The notes below the pieces were generated by a model. The model did no database searches, was not told the origin of the DNA, and worked only from the letters and a program-made list of their open reading frames with translations. From IMG/VR virus record IMGVR_UViG_3300032301_000529, positions 1-34,843 of that record: a stretch of 34,843 nt of DNA. One strand, 5' to 3'. The position numbers were made by a program, and so were the translations under genes. The stretch is from a virus. Lineage: Duplodnaviria; Caudoviricetes. Of this stretch, positions 1-7,371 are shown piece after piece (position 1 is the stretch's first letter; each line of letters opens with the position of its first letter).

Positions 1-123
1 CAACTCGCTCGGCTGAATTGCGACAGGCCATCACTTCAATGTTTTCGATTAGGCGGAATTTAGTCAGGTCGGTCATAATCAGCCCCGGCGGTTATTGCCG
101 TAGTAATCGCAGAAGCGGTGGAA
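1..123. repeat. 123-bp direct terminal repeat (left copy)
   Basis: 1-123 (caactcgctc...gcggtggaa) is identical to 34721-34843; most likely the assembly overlap of a circular genome. Confidence 0.95.
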
Positions 124-219
124 GTCGTAATCGGAATCACGCTCCTCGCGCTCGTAAGCCTCGGTTTCGTAGTCAGGCTTTTCGTTGTTAAATTTGGTTG
201 GCTCTTTTGGTTCGCTCAT
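79..219 (-). CDS. Small acidic hypothetical protein (MSEPKEPTK...)
   Basis: ATG at 219 overlaps the TGA of the upstream gene (ATGA coupling). Confidence 0.6.
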   Translation of the reverse strand: MSEPKEPTKFNNEKPDYETEAYEREERDSDYDFHRFCDYYGNNRRG

Positions 220-548
220 TTTTTCTCCTTCATCGAAAGGCGGAATGACTTGGCGGTCATTGCTACTGCTTCGGCAGTCAGGCACTTGGTTGTGAAGCGC
301 CAGATGCGCCAGCCAAGGTCGGCGGCTGCTCGGTACTTCTCACAATCTTTCACCATCCCCATCCCTCGCCCGTGACGGCCGCCAAACGGCAGGAACGCCC
401 CACCGTCTAGCTCGATCGCACAGCGGGCAGATTTGCAGGCGAAGTCGAAACGCCATTTACGTGTGGGGTGGAACGTGTGCTCGGCCACTAGTTCCGGGCC
501 ACCAGCCACCGTCCAAAGCACTACGAATTTCTTGGCTAATGCGCTCAC
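216..548 (-). CDS. Vsr/DUF559-like PD-(D/E)XK endonuclease (possible resolvase)
   Basis: EHTFHPTRKWRFDFA...AIELDGG...GRH...KDCEKY...LGWRIWRFT motif pattern. Confidence 0.75.
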   Translation of the reverse strand: MSALAKKFVVLWTVAGGPELVAEHTFHPTRKWRFDFACKSARCAIELDGGAFLPFGGRHGRGMGMVKDCEKYRAAADLGWRIWRFTTKCLTAEAVAMTAKSFRLSMKEKK

Positions 549-733
549 GATTGCACCCCGCTTTTCTTAAGGAGGCTTTCTAAAATCTCCTCTATGCGGT
601 CTAGGCGATTGCGGAGATCGCGGTGCTTAGTCTGTAGATCGATCAGAGCAGTCGTTTGTGAGAGCTGGGCCGATCCATAGGATTGGGCTGCACTGATGGG
701 CAATACGCCCTCTTGTTCTAGGTCGCGTATCAT
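545..733 (-). CDS. Small coiled-coil hypothetical protein (MIRDLEQEG...)
   Basis: ATG at 733 is coupled to the stop at 730; C-terminal heptad LRNRLDRIEEILESLL. Confidence 0.6.
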   Translation of the reverse strand: MIRDLEQEGVLPISAAQSYGSAQLSQTTALIDLQTKHRDLRNRLDRIEEILESLLKKSGVQS

Positions 734-888
734 AGATCCCCAAAAGTTCTGCGGATCTGATCGATGACCCATCCAAACACGAGTACGGCTACTGTTAGCC
801 CGGCGATTCCAGAGCCTACGAATAAAGCCCAGCCGGTAATCAGCATGGATACCTGGGCAAGATCCCGCATGACTTCCCACGAGATCAT
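730..888 (-). CDS. Small membrane protein (MISWEVMRD...)
   Basis: One long hydrophobic segment; coupled to the downstream gene. Confidence 0.55.
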   Translation of the reverse strand: MISWEVMRDLAQVSMLITGWALFVGSGIAGLTVAVLVFGWVIDQIRRTFGDL

Positions 889-1005
889 TTGCTGGCCTCG
901 TGCTGGGCGTGCCACATACGGCACACCGCGGGGTTGGGGTGATAAACGAACGCTTCGGGCGTTAAATGGTATCCGCCGCGAGAATTTAAATTAAGTTGCT
1001 GGTAG

Positions 1006-1023
1006 TGAGCCTTTTTAGGCTCA
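1006..1023. repeat. Perfect inverted repeat TGAGCCT-TTTT-AGGCTCA beside attP
   Basis: 7-bp arms with a 4-nt loop; no clear U tract. Confidence 0.5.
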
Positions 1024-1025
1024 GT

Positions 1026-1186
1026 TATTACCGCCGTGTTACCGTTTTGGCGTAAGTCATTATAGTGATAAGCATCGGACGGGGTGGGATTTGAACCCAC
1101 GGTACAATTACTTGATTCGATTTGATTGATTATGGTTGGAAGCGTCATGGTGTGTTCTTGTGTTAAACAGAGTAAATGTTACCGTT
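1026..1186. promoter_or_regulatory. Putative integrase arm-type sites flanking the attP core
   Basis: TATTACCGCC (1026-1035), TGTTACCGTT (1037-1046) and TGTTACCGTT (1177-1186) lie on both sides of the core. Confidence 0.55.
1076..1103 (-). other. attP core: 3' end of a tRNA (probably tRNA-Ser)
   Basis: Minus strand reads ACC GTGGG TTCAAAT CCCAC CCCGTCC G, i.e. T-arm, acceptor strand and G discriminator; 90 bp from the integrase start; no 5' tRNA half is present. Confidence 0.8.
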
Positions 1187-1192
1187 GTAACT

Positions 1193-2293
1193 ATGGCCTA
1201 TTCTTACATTAAGAAAGGATCTCCATGGTTCTTTATTCGCTCCAAAGACCCGGCAGGCAAGTGGCGTACAAAGAGCACCCGCTACCGAATCGACAATACC
1301 CTCCACCGCGCGAAGGCAACGGCCGAGGCCGCTCGACTTGGCGTGAACGAAAAGCGAAAAGATTGTGGCCACGAATGGGTTGATGATTTGATCGAAAATC
1401 ATCCCGTTTCTCCTCTGACAAAAATTTATTACAGGAATTGCTGGCGTCATCTTGCGAGGTTTATTAATGAAAAAAGAATAAGTCTGCAAGCGTTTTCTGC
1501 AAATGATTGTGAAATTTATTTGAAATGGCGACAAAGCCTTCCCCGCACGTCCGGCCGTAAGGCTGGTCGCAACCAAGCGTGCGCGGATTTGAAGCTGCTG
1601 AAGTGGATACACCGCCAAGGCCGACTGCTTGGGAAAATGGACTCCGTCGCTCTGCTCGATTACAGAATTAAGAGGGCGCCGATTGCTAGGGTTAAACCTA
1701 TCTTTTCGGAGAATGAAGTGAAAATGGTTAGGAAGGCTCTCGCCGTAGAAGGCGTGCCAGAATGGATGCGAATTAGTTTTGAGATCGCTCTGGCTACGGG
1801 TTGCCGTCTGCGTGAGACGCAGATCCCGCTCGATTGCGTGGACTTGAAGAACCGCATCCTTACGTTCCCCTGCCCCAAGGGTGGCACGGGCAAATCGTTC
1901 AGCATTCCCATCCCGGCCGCCATCGAACCCATGCTGGCCAAGATGAAGGCCGAGGGACGCGAGGTCACTTGTGAAGTTCCCTGCACGCGAGCCTCGCTTT
2001 GCTGGCGTAGGCTCTTGGATATTTGCGGTCTTAAGCGTCACTGCTTCCACTCCCTTCGGGTAACCCGAGTGACGAGACTGCGGCTTTCAGGCTGTTCTCA
2101 ATCTGTCGCCATGAGACTCGTGAATCACTCTTCGACGTTAGTTCACGAGCTTTACCAACGGCACTGCGTAGACGATCTCCGCGATGCAGTGAACTTAGGC
2201 CAGTCGTCCGTATCAGCCGCCACTGATCAAAGTCAGACGGAATTACCTTACCCGCGATCAGTGGGAATCCAGGCATCGCCTGCATTTGCTTAA
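1193..2293 (+). CDS. int: Tyrosine integrase
   Basis: Catalytic pattern TGCRLRE ... FHSLR ... VNHS ... ELYQRH; N-terminal arm-binding-like segment; likely start MAYSYIKK at 1193. Confidence 0.92.
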   Translation: MAYSYIKKGSPWFFIRSKDPAGKWRTKSTRYRIDNTLHRAKATAEAARLGVNEKRKDCGHEWVDDLIENHPVSPLTKIYYRNCWRHLARFINEKRISLQAFSANDCEIYLKWRQSLPRTSGRKAGRNQACADLKLLKWIHRQGRLLGKMDSVALLDYRIKRAPIARVKPIFSENEVKMVRKALAVEGVPEWMRISFEIALATGCRLRETQIPLDCVDLKNRILTFPCPKGGTGKSFSIPIPAAIEPMLAKMKAEGREVTCEVPCTRASLCWRRLLDICGLKRHCFHSLRVTRVTRLRLSGCSQSVAMRLVNHSSTLVHELYQRHCVDDLRDAVNLGQSSVSAATDQSQTELPYPRSVGIQASPAFA

Positions 2294-2399
2294 TCCGCAC
2301 ATAGCCGAGACCGTAGGCCGCACCTAATTGGCGAAGGGAAAGAGCTCGGTTCTCCTGGCGGAGTTTCATAGCAGTCTCGTTGAGACGCCCCGAGCTCAT
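2031..2399 (-). CDS. Excisionase-like winged-HTH protein, convergent with and overlapping int
   Basis: SLRQLGAAYGLGYVRIKQM..MPGFP...GKV..SDFDQW resembles Xis/AlpA; lies directly downstream of the leftward RHH gene. Confidence 0.6.
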   Translation of the reverse strand: MSSGRLNETAMKLRQENRALSLRQLGAAYGLGYVRIKQMQAMPGFPLIAGKVIPSDFDQWRLIRTTGLSSLHRGDRLRSAVGKARELTSKSDSRVSWRQIENSLKAAVSSLGLPEGSGSSDA

Positions 2400-2405
2400 A
2401 AATAT

Positions 2406-2567
2406 CTAGCTTTGCTCTCCCGATGCTTTTGCAAGCAGTTGAGTAATGAGCTGGGAAAGCGAAATACGACGGAGAGCGGCCAGTTTTTGTGATGCTTTTT
2501 TCACCGCAACGGGCAGAACTATGTTGGTCTTTTCCGCTTTTAAACCGCTAAGTGGACGACGAGGCAT
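2406..2567 (-). CDS. Ribbon-helix-helix regulator A (53 aa; not in the ORF track)
   Basis: Hand translation: MPRRPLSGLKAEKTNIVLPVAVKKASQKLAALRRISLSQLITQLLAKASGEQS; beta strand KTNIVL plus SLSQLI helix-B signature. Confidence 0.8.
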   Translation of the reverse strand: MPRRPLSGLKAEKTNIVLPVAVKKASQKLAALRRISLSQLITQLLAKASGEQS

Positions 2568-2672
2568 ACGCCTTTGCTACGCACACACGGCGTATTAGCA
2601 ACACATTTCTTTTGGGCATTAACTTTTTAAGTTATACTTGAATGCGTAATAAATGCGTATAGAATCCTCCCT
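2567..2672. promoter_or_regulatory. Divergent promoter/operator region
   Basis: TACGC at 2567 and 2578; GCGTA at 2590, 2644 and 2655 (pairs 11 bp apart); TAACTT-ttt-AAGTTA palindrome at 2620-2634; TTGAAT-16-TAGAAT at 2638-2665. Confidence 0.65.
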
Positions 2673-2816
2673 ATGAAGAAGGCGAAAACGAACCTTACGA
2701 TCGACCCTAAAGTAAAACGCAACGGTGAGCGTCTTGCCAAAAAGAACGGATTATCCCTTTCGGCATATATCACCACCCTGCTCGTCAAAGAGCTGGCCAA
2801 AGAAAATAGACGCTAG
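2673..2816 (+). CDS. Ribbon-helix-helix regulator B (47 aa; not in the ORF track), candidate repressor
   Basis: Hand translation: MKKAKTNLTIDPKVKRNGERLAKKNGLSLSAYITTLLVKELAKENRR; typical RHH pattern; the only plus-strand gene besides int. Confidence 0.82.
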   Translation: MKKAKTNLTIDPKVKRNGERLAKKNGLSLSAYITTLLVKELAKENRR

Positions 2817-3112
2817 TTTTTGGGTGATTTGCCTGAAATAAGGCGGTAGTGGGGTATTTTCCTGCAATGGCCTAGAAACTTCTTTCCCTTTGAATCAACG
2901 TGAGGCAATCGAACCACATAACTTTTTTTCTCGGCCCTACCGTCTTTAACCAAATGAGCTAAAAGCTTGTTCGCGTAATTTGCCGACTTGCCCCAAAGCT
3001 CAGCGATCTGGTTTTTAGTTAACCAGCCGTCGGGAACTACCTCCTGCCGGTACCCGGCGACATACTCAGTTAGGACGGATGCCCAATCCGACTTTACACT
3101 GGGTATCGCCAT
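2813..3112 (-). CDS. Basic HTH-like DNA-binding protein
   Basis: GGAGG SD before the ATG at 3112; WLTKNQIAELWGKSANYANKLLAHLVKDG resembles a winged HTH. Confidence 0.6.
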   Translation of the reverse strand: MAIPSVKSDWASVLTEYVAGYRQEVVPDGWLTKNQIAELWGKSANYANKLLAHLVKDGRAEKKSYVVRLPHVDSKGKKFLGHCRKIPHYRLISGKSPKN

Positions 3113-3837
3113 ACGCCTCCTATGGGTGAAAGCACGTTCACCGTGCATCCTTGCCCGCCTTCTACGTATTCGCCCCACGCCACTCCGTGCTGCCACCTGG
3201 TAACGGATCGCTGGCGCCGGGCGTAGTGCATGCTGGGAATATCGGCTAGGCAACCGATCGACCAGCCCACGGGTGCGCCGATACTGCGACCAGCAATCCT
3301 ATCCACCCGGTGCAAGTGGCCCATCACGACAGGCTTTCTCACCATCTCTACATGGTCGCGCACGGCTGATTCTGAAAACATAAAGCCGTGGCCGAATGCC
3401 GTCCCACCCAAATCACGCCAGCCTTTCTCTATATCGTAAGGGATGTACTGCGCTTTTAAATCCTTGCACATGTTATAAATTTCCGACTTAGCCGACGTAC
3501 AGCAGTGCGCCACAATCGCGCTTGGCGAGTATTGTAGGGCGGTCAGGCGGTGCTCATGGTTCCCCTCAAAGATGTAGCGTGGCGCTAGTTCTCGAACGAA
3601 ATCAAGGCCAGCGTCGAAGTCCTCGCGGATGGATGCACTGCGTTCGGGCGAATCTGGATCTTTCCTCGCGCTACCCATTAGCCCGGACAGATCGACAAAA
3701 TCGCCAAGGTGGAGAGTGGTATCTGGCTGCCATCTGCGCTTCATTTCCAGCGTAGCCTTACAGGCCGCCGCATTCGCCAGGTGTCCGTGGCTACAGCTAA
3801 CCGCCAGCCACCGTTTCCACTTGCGGATGACTTTCAT
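3094..3837 (-). CDS. Calcineurin-like metallophosphoesterase
   Basis: SCSHG, LGDFVD, GNHE, GHG and GHLH motifs. Confidence 0.85.
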   Translation of the reverse strand: MKVIRKWKRWLAVSCSHGHLANAAACKATLEMKRRWQPDTTLHLGDFVDLSGLMGSARKDPDSPERSASIREDFDAGLDFVRELAPRYIFEGNHEHRLTALQYSPSAIVAHCCTSAKSEIYNMCKDLKAQYIPYDIEKGWRDLGGTAFGHGFMFSESAVRDHVEMVRKPVVMGHLHRVDRIAGRSIGAPVGWSIGCLADIPSMHYARRQRSVTRWQHGVAWGEYVEGGQGCTVNVLSPIGGVWRYPV

Positions 3838-4148
3838 TTCTTATCGGCCGCTGACGGGAATCCTTCCAGCACGGCGAGAATCTGACGGCAACTTTCGCGC
3901 GACTGCGCCGCCACCACGCTCTCGTCGCTAGCCCCGATCAGTGCGATCTCGGCTATGACGGATAGCTGCATCTTTAAGGTGTGGACGTAGGTGCATAAAT
4001 CGAGCACTTCTTCCCACGCGTCTTTCCACACGGGCCTGCGCCACAACGCCCCGCCGTGCTCCTCTTGTCCTTTGCGGTACTTGGCGTCCAGATCCCTGCT
4101 TAAATCACGCACAATACCCGCCAGGTGCTTCTCGTGTTCGGGCGTCAT
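3834..4148 (-). CDS. Hypothetical all-alpha protein (possibly NTP-pyrophosphohydrolase-like)
   Basis: KYRKGQEEHG...DAWEEVLDLCTY acidic EExxD helix; ATG at 4148 is coupled to the endolysin stop. Confidence 0.55.
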   Translation of the reverse strand: MTPEHEKHLAGIVRDLSRDLDAKYRKGQEEHGGALWRRPVWKDAWEEVLDLCTYVHTLKMQLSVIAEIALIGASDESVVAAQSRESCRQILAVLEGFPSAADKK

Positions 4149-4663
4149 CGCGAACTCCACGGCCGGCTGCTGACTAAGCTAGTGGCCTTCGTTTTTTGCG
4201 GTATGTCCCTAGCCCTTACTTGTTCCACAGGGTTGCGTGGAATGTCACGCCAGCTCTTGTAGTCACTGCTTTGCAAGTGGCCTGTTTCCCAGCTAATGCC
4301 AGCCAAACGGAATGAAATTCCCACGTGCTCGCCTAGGCGAAATGCGGTTTCGTTGTCCCAATCCGCGATCCACAGATCCGCGTTTTTGCCGGACTGCTTC
4401 AGCGGCACCCAATCAAACGCCAGCCCGTAGTTGTGATAGCTTTCCCCTGGCTTGGCCTTGGTCACGATCTTGCCACTAACCGTCCGGCCTTTCGCATAAA
4501 GCGCAGCCTGCTCCTCCATTGTGCGACGGCCGCAATAGATAAGCGGCTCGATCCGGCTCGTTACCATTTCGTTCACCCATCCCCTGACCTGCTTTTGAAA
4601 GCTGGCATCTAACGAATCAATCGCCCGCAAGGTGCGGGAGCTTGCCTCACTAAGGCTGGTCAC
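4145..4663 (-). CDS. Endolysin, peptidase M15 (L-Ala-D-Glu peptidase type)
   Basis: RTMEEQAALYAKGRT...SYHNYGLAFD...WETGHLQ zinc motifs. Confidence 0.9.
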   Translation of the reverse strand: MTSLSEASSRTLRAIDSLDASFQKQVRGWVNEMVTSRIEPLIYCGRRTMEEQAALYAKGRTVSGKIVTKAKPGESYHNYGLAFDWVPLKQSGKNADLWIADWDNETAFRLGEHVGISFRLAGISWETGHLQSSDYKSWRDIPRNPVEQVRARDIPQKTKATSLVSSRPWSSR

Positions 4664-4908
4664 TGCCTCGCTCGCTCTCTTTCAGTTTCTGCCAGGCTAT
4701 CAGATAGCGCTTTGAGCGATTGCGCAAACAGATCTCTGTAAGCTTGTGGGCAGGGCTTGTTTGTTCGCTCGGCCTTGTCCCAGGCGTAGATAAAATAGCT
4801 GATCGTGTCCGGGCTTGGCGGCGGGCCGTCCTGCGTTTGCGAGGTTGTCGCACAGGAGCAGAGCGCCAGACTAAGAACTAGCAGGAGGGCGTTTAGTCCA
4901 CCAGGCAT
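4660..4908 (-). CDS. Lipoprotein, o-spanin-like
   Basis: Signal peptide ending LALCSC, then a Pro-rich stretch; overlaps the 3' end of the i-spanin candidate. Confidence 0.7.
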   Translation of the reverse strand: MPGGLNALLLVLSLALCSCATTSQTQDGPPPSPDTISYFIYAWDKAERTNKPCPQAYRDLFAQSLKALSDSLAETERERARQ

Positions 4909-5041
4909 TGATGTCTCTCAGTCTTTTACGGCGTTCTAGCTCGATCGATTCAAAGTTACGCTGAAGTGGCGATTTTCGTTTTAAGAACCAGAGCAAGATA
5001 CCCAGCAAACTGCCCACGACGCCGACGATCGTGGCGATCAT
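4871..5041 (-). CDS. i-spanin-like membrane protein (56 aa; not in the ORF track)
   Basis: MIATIVGVVGSLLGILLWFLKRKSPLQRNFESIELERRKRLRDINAWWTKRPPASS: N-terminal TM followed by a charged helix. Confidence 0.65.
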   Translation of the reverse strand: MIATIVGVVGSLLGILLWFLKRKSPLQRNFESIELERRKRLRDINAWWTKRPPASS

Positions 5042-5045
5042 TATT

Positions 5046-5216
5046 TTACTTTCGGCTGAATTTAGAGAGGATGTCGACCACGGCCTGCAAGGCTTTCTCA
5101 GGCTGGTCGCCGGGGATGAATGACGCGATTGCGATAACCGCCGTCAGTAGTGCCGTGATCGCTCCAAGCACTCCGAGCCAATCGACGCTTAGTAAGGTAG
5201 GGATGAGTTGTTCCAT
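5046..5216 (-). CDS. Holin-like membrane protein (56 aa; not in the ORF track)
   Basis: MEQLIPTLLSVDWLGVLGAITALLTAVIAIASFIPGDQPEKALQAVVDILSKFSRK; preceded by a TTGACAC box. Confidence 0.7.
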   Translation of the reverse strand: MEQLIPTLLSVDWLGVLGAITALLTAVIAIASFIPGDQPEKALQAVVDILSKFSRK

Positions 5217-5231
5217 GCCCTTGGCAGGGTG

Positions 5232-5492
5232 TCAAAGGCTGATCCGGCGCTTAATCAGTTCCCAGATCGTGCTGAACACGGCCCCGGAGACTAACGCTAC
5301 TAGCCACAGCTTCGTTTTAATCGTGTGGGCGTCGCGCTCCATGTTAGTGAGACGGCCGTGGTACTCGCCCAGGCTGGCTTGTGAGCGCTCGAGTAAATCT
5401 AAAATTACCGACTGGCGGGTCTCGATCCGGGCTATAGATTCTCGGACTAGGCTTAACCGCTCTGAAAGTTCGGCGATTTGATCGGTGCTCAT
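5232..5492 (-). CDS. Coiled-coil plus C-terminal TM protein (XhlA/holin-accessory-like)
   Basis: Heptad repeats, then LWLVALVSGAVFSTIWELI; located in the lysis cassette. Confidence 0.7.
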   Translation of the reverse strand: MSTDQIAELSERLSLVRESIARIETRQSVILDLLERSQASLGEYHGRLTNMERDAHTIKTKLWLVALVSGAVFSTIWELIKRRISL

Positions 5493-5644
5493 AGGGTTGC
5501 CGTTTCTGCGCCTTCCGCAATCCGCACCATCTCCTCGCCCTTCTCGTTGTAAAACATTTCGATATATCCCTCGGCCTCCAGCCAGCGCAGGCTGGCAGTA
5601 AATTCACGCCAACCGGGCGTGTTGCGATCGTCGGGCGCAGTCAT
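5489..5644 (-). CDS. Hypothetical 51-aa protein (not in the ORF track)
   Basis: MTAPDDRNTPGWREFTASLRWLEAEGYIEMFYNEKGEEMVRIAEGAETATL; abuts or overlaps both neighbours. Confidence 0.6.
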   Translation of the reverse strand: MTAPDDRNTPGWREFTASLRWLEAEGYIEMFYNEKGEEMVRIAEGAETATL

Positions 5645-5767
5645 TCATTTCACCTGGCCTGCGTCGGCAGCAGCTCCCATATCGCTGTATCGTGGAAGCG
5701 GATTGTTATGATCTACTGGCCTTGGCGAGCAGGAGGAAAGTAGGAACGCCAGGAGGATTAACCTCAT
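5645..5767 (-). CDS. 40-aa lipoprotein (not in the ORF track)
   Basis: MRLILLAFLLSSCSPRPVDHNNPLPRYSDMGAAADAGQVK; LSSC lipobox; ATGA-coupled to the upstream gene. Confidence 0.6.
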   Translation of the reverse strand: MRLILLAFLLSSCSPRPVDHNNPLPRYSDMGAAADAGQVK

Positions 5768-6564
5768 GCCAATCCAAGCCCAGTTCCTAGAGTGGTTTTG
5801 TAGAGGTCATTTAGTGAGATTAATTGTGCCTCGCTAATTTCGTCGCCGCTCAATGCTGTAAACGAAATTGTTCCAGTATATTCAGACCCCATTCTTGAAA
5901 AAGTGTAGGTGCTTCCCTGATTAAATGTTTGTCCAGCTAATGATGCCTTCGATACCTTGTCTCGGTAAACAAACAGCGACCCGCTAGTAGTTCGTCCAAT
6001 TATGGAGTAAAATGTATTTTGAGGCAGGTTGGCCAAAAGTAAATTTGCTTCTGGGCTTGAAACACCCGAATTTGGAAGATTAAAACCACAATCAAACGCA
6101 CCAAACGAACCAACATATAAAAACGGGTTTCTTCTCGTATTGGTTCCAGCATCTTGAACATCAAAAAATCTGTTTGCAGTATATCCAGTAATACTACCAA
6201 CACCCATCGCTAATTTATTTACACGACTCGTTGCAATCACATTTGAAAGACTTAAATAGTTAGTTCCATTAAAAGTAATGCCATCAGTACCCCATGTTGG
6301 GCTTGCATTAAGAGTGGCGTCATATACTCCATAACCACCCAAGCTATATGCAGTCGTTCCAGTTCCAGCGTTTTGAGTAGATCGAAGAGGCCAGCTAACC
6401 ATACTAGACCACAAGCCTAAATCTTTTACGCCTTTTACAAACGCATTGATTTGTCCTTTTGCCGTGGCATTCGTCACGCCAGCCCGATCAAAGTAAGCGG
6501 CCGCGTCGGCGTCAAAGCCGGTGACCGTTGAGGAACCAAGTCTCAGGCCGAGGCCGAGGTACAT
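5764..6564 (-). CDS. Virion protein with a concanavalin A/LamG-like domain (receptor-binding or decoration candidate)
   Basis: DADAAAYFDRAG...INAFVKGVKDLGLW N-terminus; GITFNGTNYL and beta-rich G/S/T composition. Confidence 0.6.
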   Translation of the reverse strand: MYLGLGLRLGSSTVTGFDADAAAYFDRAGVTNATAKGQINAFVKGVKDLGLWSSMVSWPLRSTQNAGTGTTAYSLGGYGVYDATLNASPTWGTDGITFNGTNYLSLSNVIATSRVNKLAMGVGSITGYTANRFFDVQDAGTNTRRNPFLYVGSFGAFDCGFNLPNSGVSSPEANLLLANLPQNTFYSIIGRTTSGSLFVYRDKVSKASLAGQTFNQGSTYTFSRMGSEYTGTISFTALSGDEISEAQLISLNDLYKTTLGTGLGLA

Positions 6565-6567
6565 GGC

Positions 6568-6837
6568 TTAAGTTGCCCGCGAGTAAGCGATTGCGCTACC
6601 AGTGGCGAGCTGAAAGGCGGTCACGGCGGCGAACACAACAAAGCCAGCCGGGAACGTCACGCTGTTTAGATTCTCACCAGTAAGGGCGGTTTGGCTAACT
6701 GAGGTGAATTTGCCGTCCGTGATGAATTGGATGGCTTGAAAGTTGCCTGTGACGGCTGCAGTCGTGGTGGTCATTCTGCCACCATATTCGCCAACGCTAA
6801 GGGATGTGTCCTGATTGATTTGAAGATCGTATGCCAT
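6568..6837 (-). CDS. Small beta-rich virion protein
   Basis: T/A/G-rich; preceded by a TTGACAC box. Confidence 0.6.
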   Translation of the reverse strand: MAYDLQINQDTSLSVGEYGGRMTTTTAAVTGNFQAIQFITDGKFTSVSQTALTGENLNSVTFPAGFVVFAAVTAFQLATGSAIAYSRAT

Positions 6838-6855
6838 ATAAGTTAAAAAACCGTG

Positions 6856-7371
6856 TCAAAGGGCTAGAGCGTCAAACCTTTCTTTAGCCAGGGTAAAGTC
6901 TGACCACGGGCCAACTTTAGGTGGAATAGAAACTGATTGGCTTGCCATAGTTATGCCGACATATTTCCATCCTCTTTTTACGAGCTTTGTTTTAAGGGCT
7001 ACATTTTTAATTGCTGGGGCTTGCTGAATAAATTGCTTATTAAGCAACAACTCCCAAGCCTTTATATAGTCTATTGGCTGGAAGCACTCTCTTGGGAAAA
7101 TCTTTGCCCCATCAAAACAAAATAGATTGCAAGTTAGGTCTATGGGTTCAAGGCGAACACAATGGTATTTGATTCCATTTATATGTTTTTCAGATGTTTC
7201 TCTTCTTGGTTCTGTCCTAATCAAAGGCCAATCACAAAATGGTGCTGGCCATTCACCATCGATGGAAAAGTCTATATCGCTAAATGTCTCTCCTAGTATC
7301 AAATAATCTCTAACAAATCCACCGCAAAAATATCCCCCACAAGATATTATTTTATTCAGCAAGTCGGTCAC
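6856..7371 (-). CDS. Nucleotidyltransferase, CCA/poly(A) polymerase head-like
   Basis: YFCGGFVRDYLILGETFSDIDF matches GGxVRD...DxD; later DLTCN resembles RDFTIN; likely GTG start at 7371; AT-rich. Confidence 0.6.
   Translation of the reverse strand: MTDLLNKIISCGGYFCGGFVRDYLILGETFSDIDFSIDGEWPAPFCDWPLIRTEPRRETSEKHINGIKYHCVRLEPIDLTCNLFCFDGAKIFPRECFQPIDYIKAWELLLNKQFIQQAPAIKNVALKTKLVKRGWKYVGITMASQSVSIPPKVGPWSDFTLAKERFDALAL

Noticed and set aside
1-123. Biological terminal repeat (T7-like)
   Set aside because: Falls within coding genes and the terminase is of the lambda cos type; an assembly overlap is more likely
1076-1103. Complete tRNA gene
   Set aside because: Only the T-arm and 3' acceptor strand are present, with no D or anticodon arm; treated as attP
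1163-2050. 295-aa minus-strand ORF
   Set aside because: Antisense shadow of the integrase with no recognisable motifs
4966-5481. Plus-strand ORFs across the lysis and structural regions (this one and the many similar ones)
   Set aside because: They are antisense to well-supported, tightly coupled minus-strand genes
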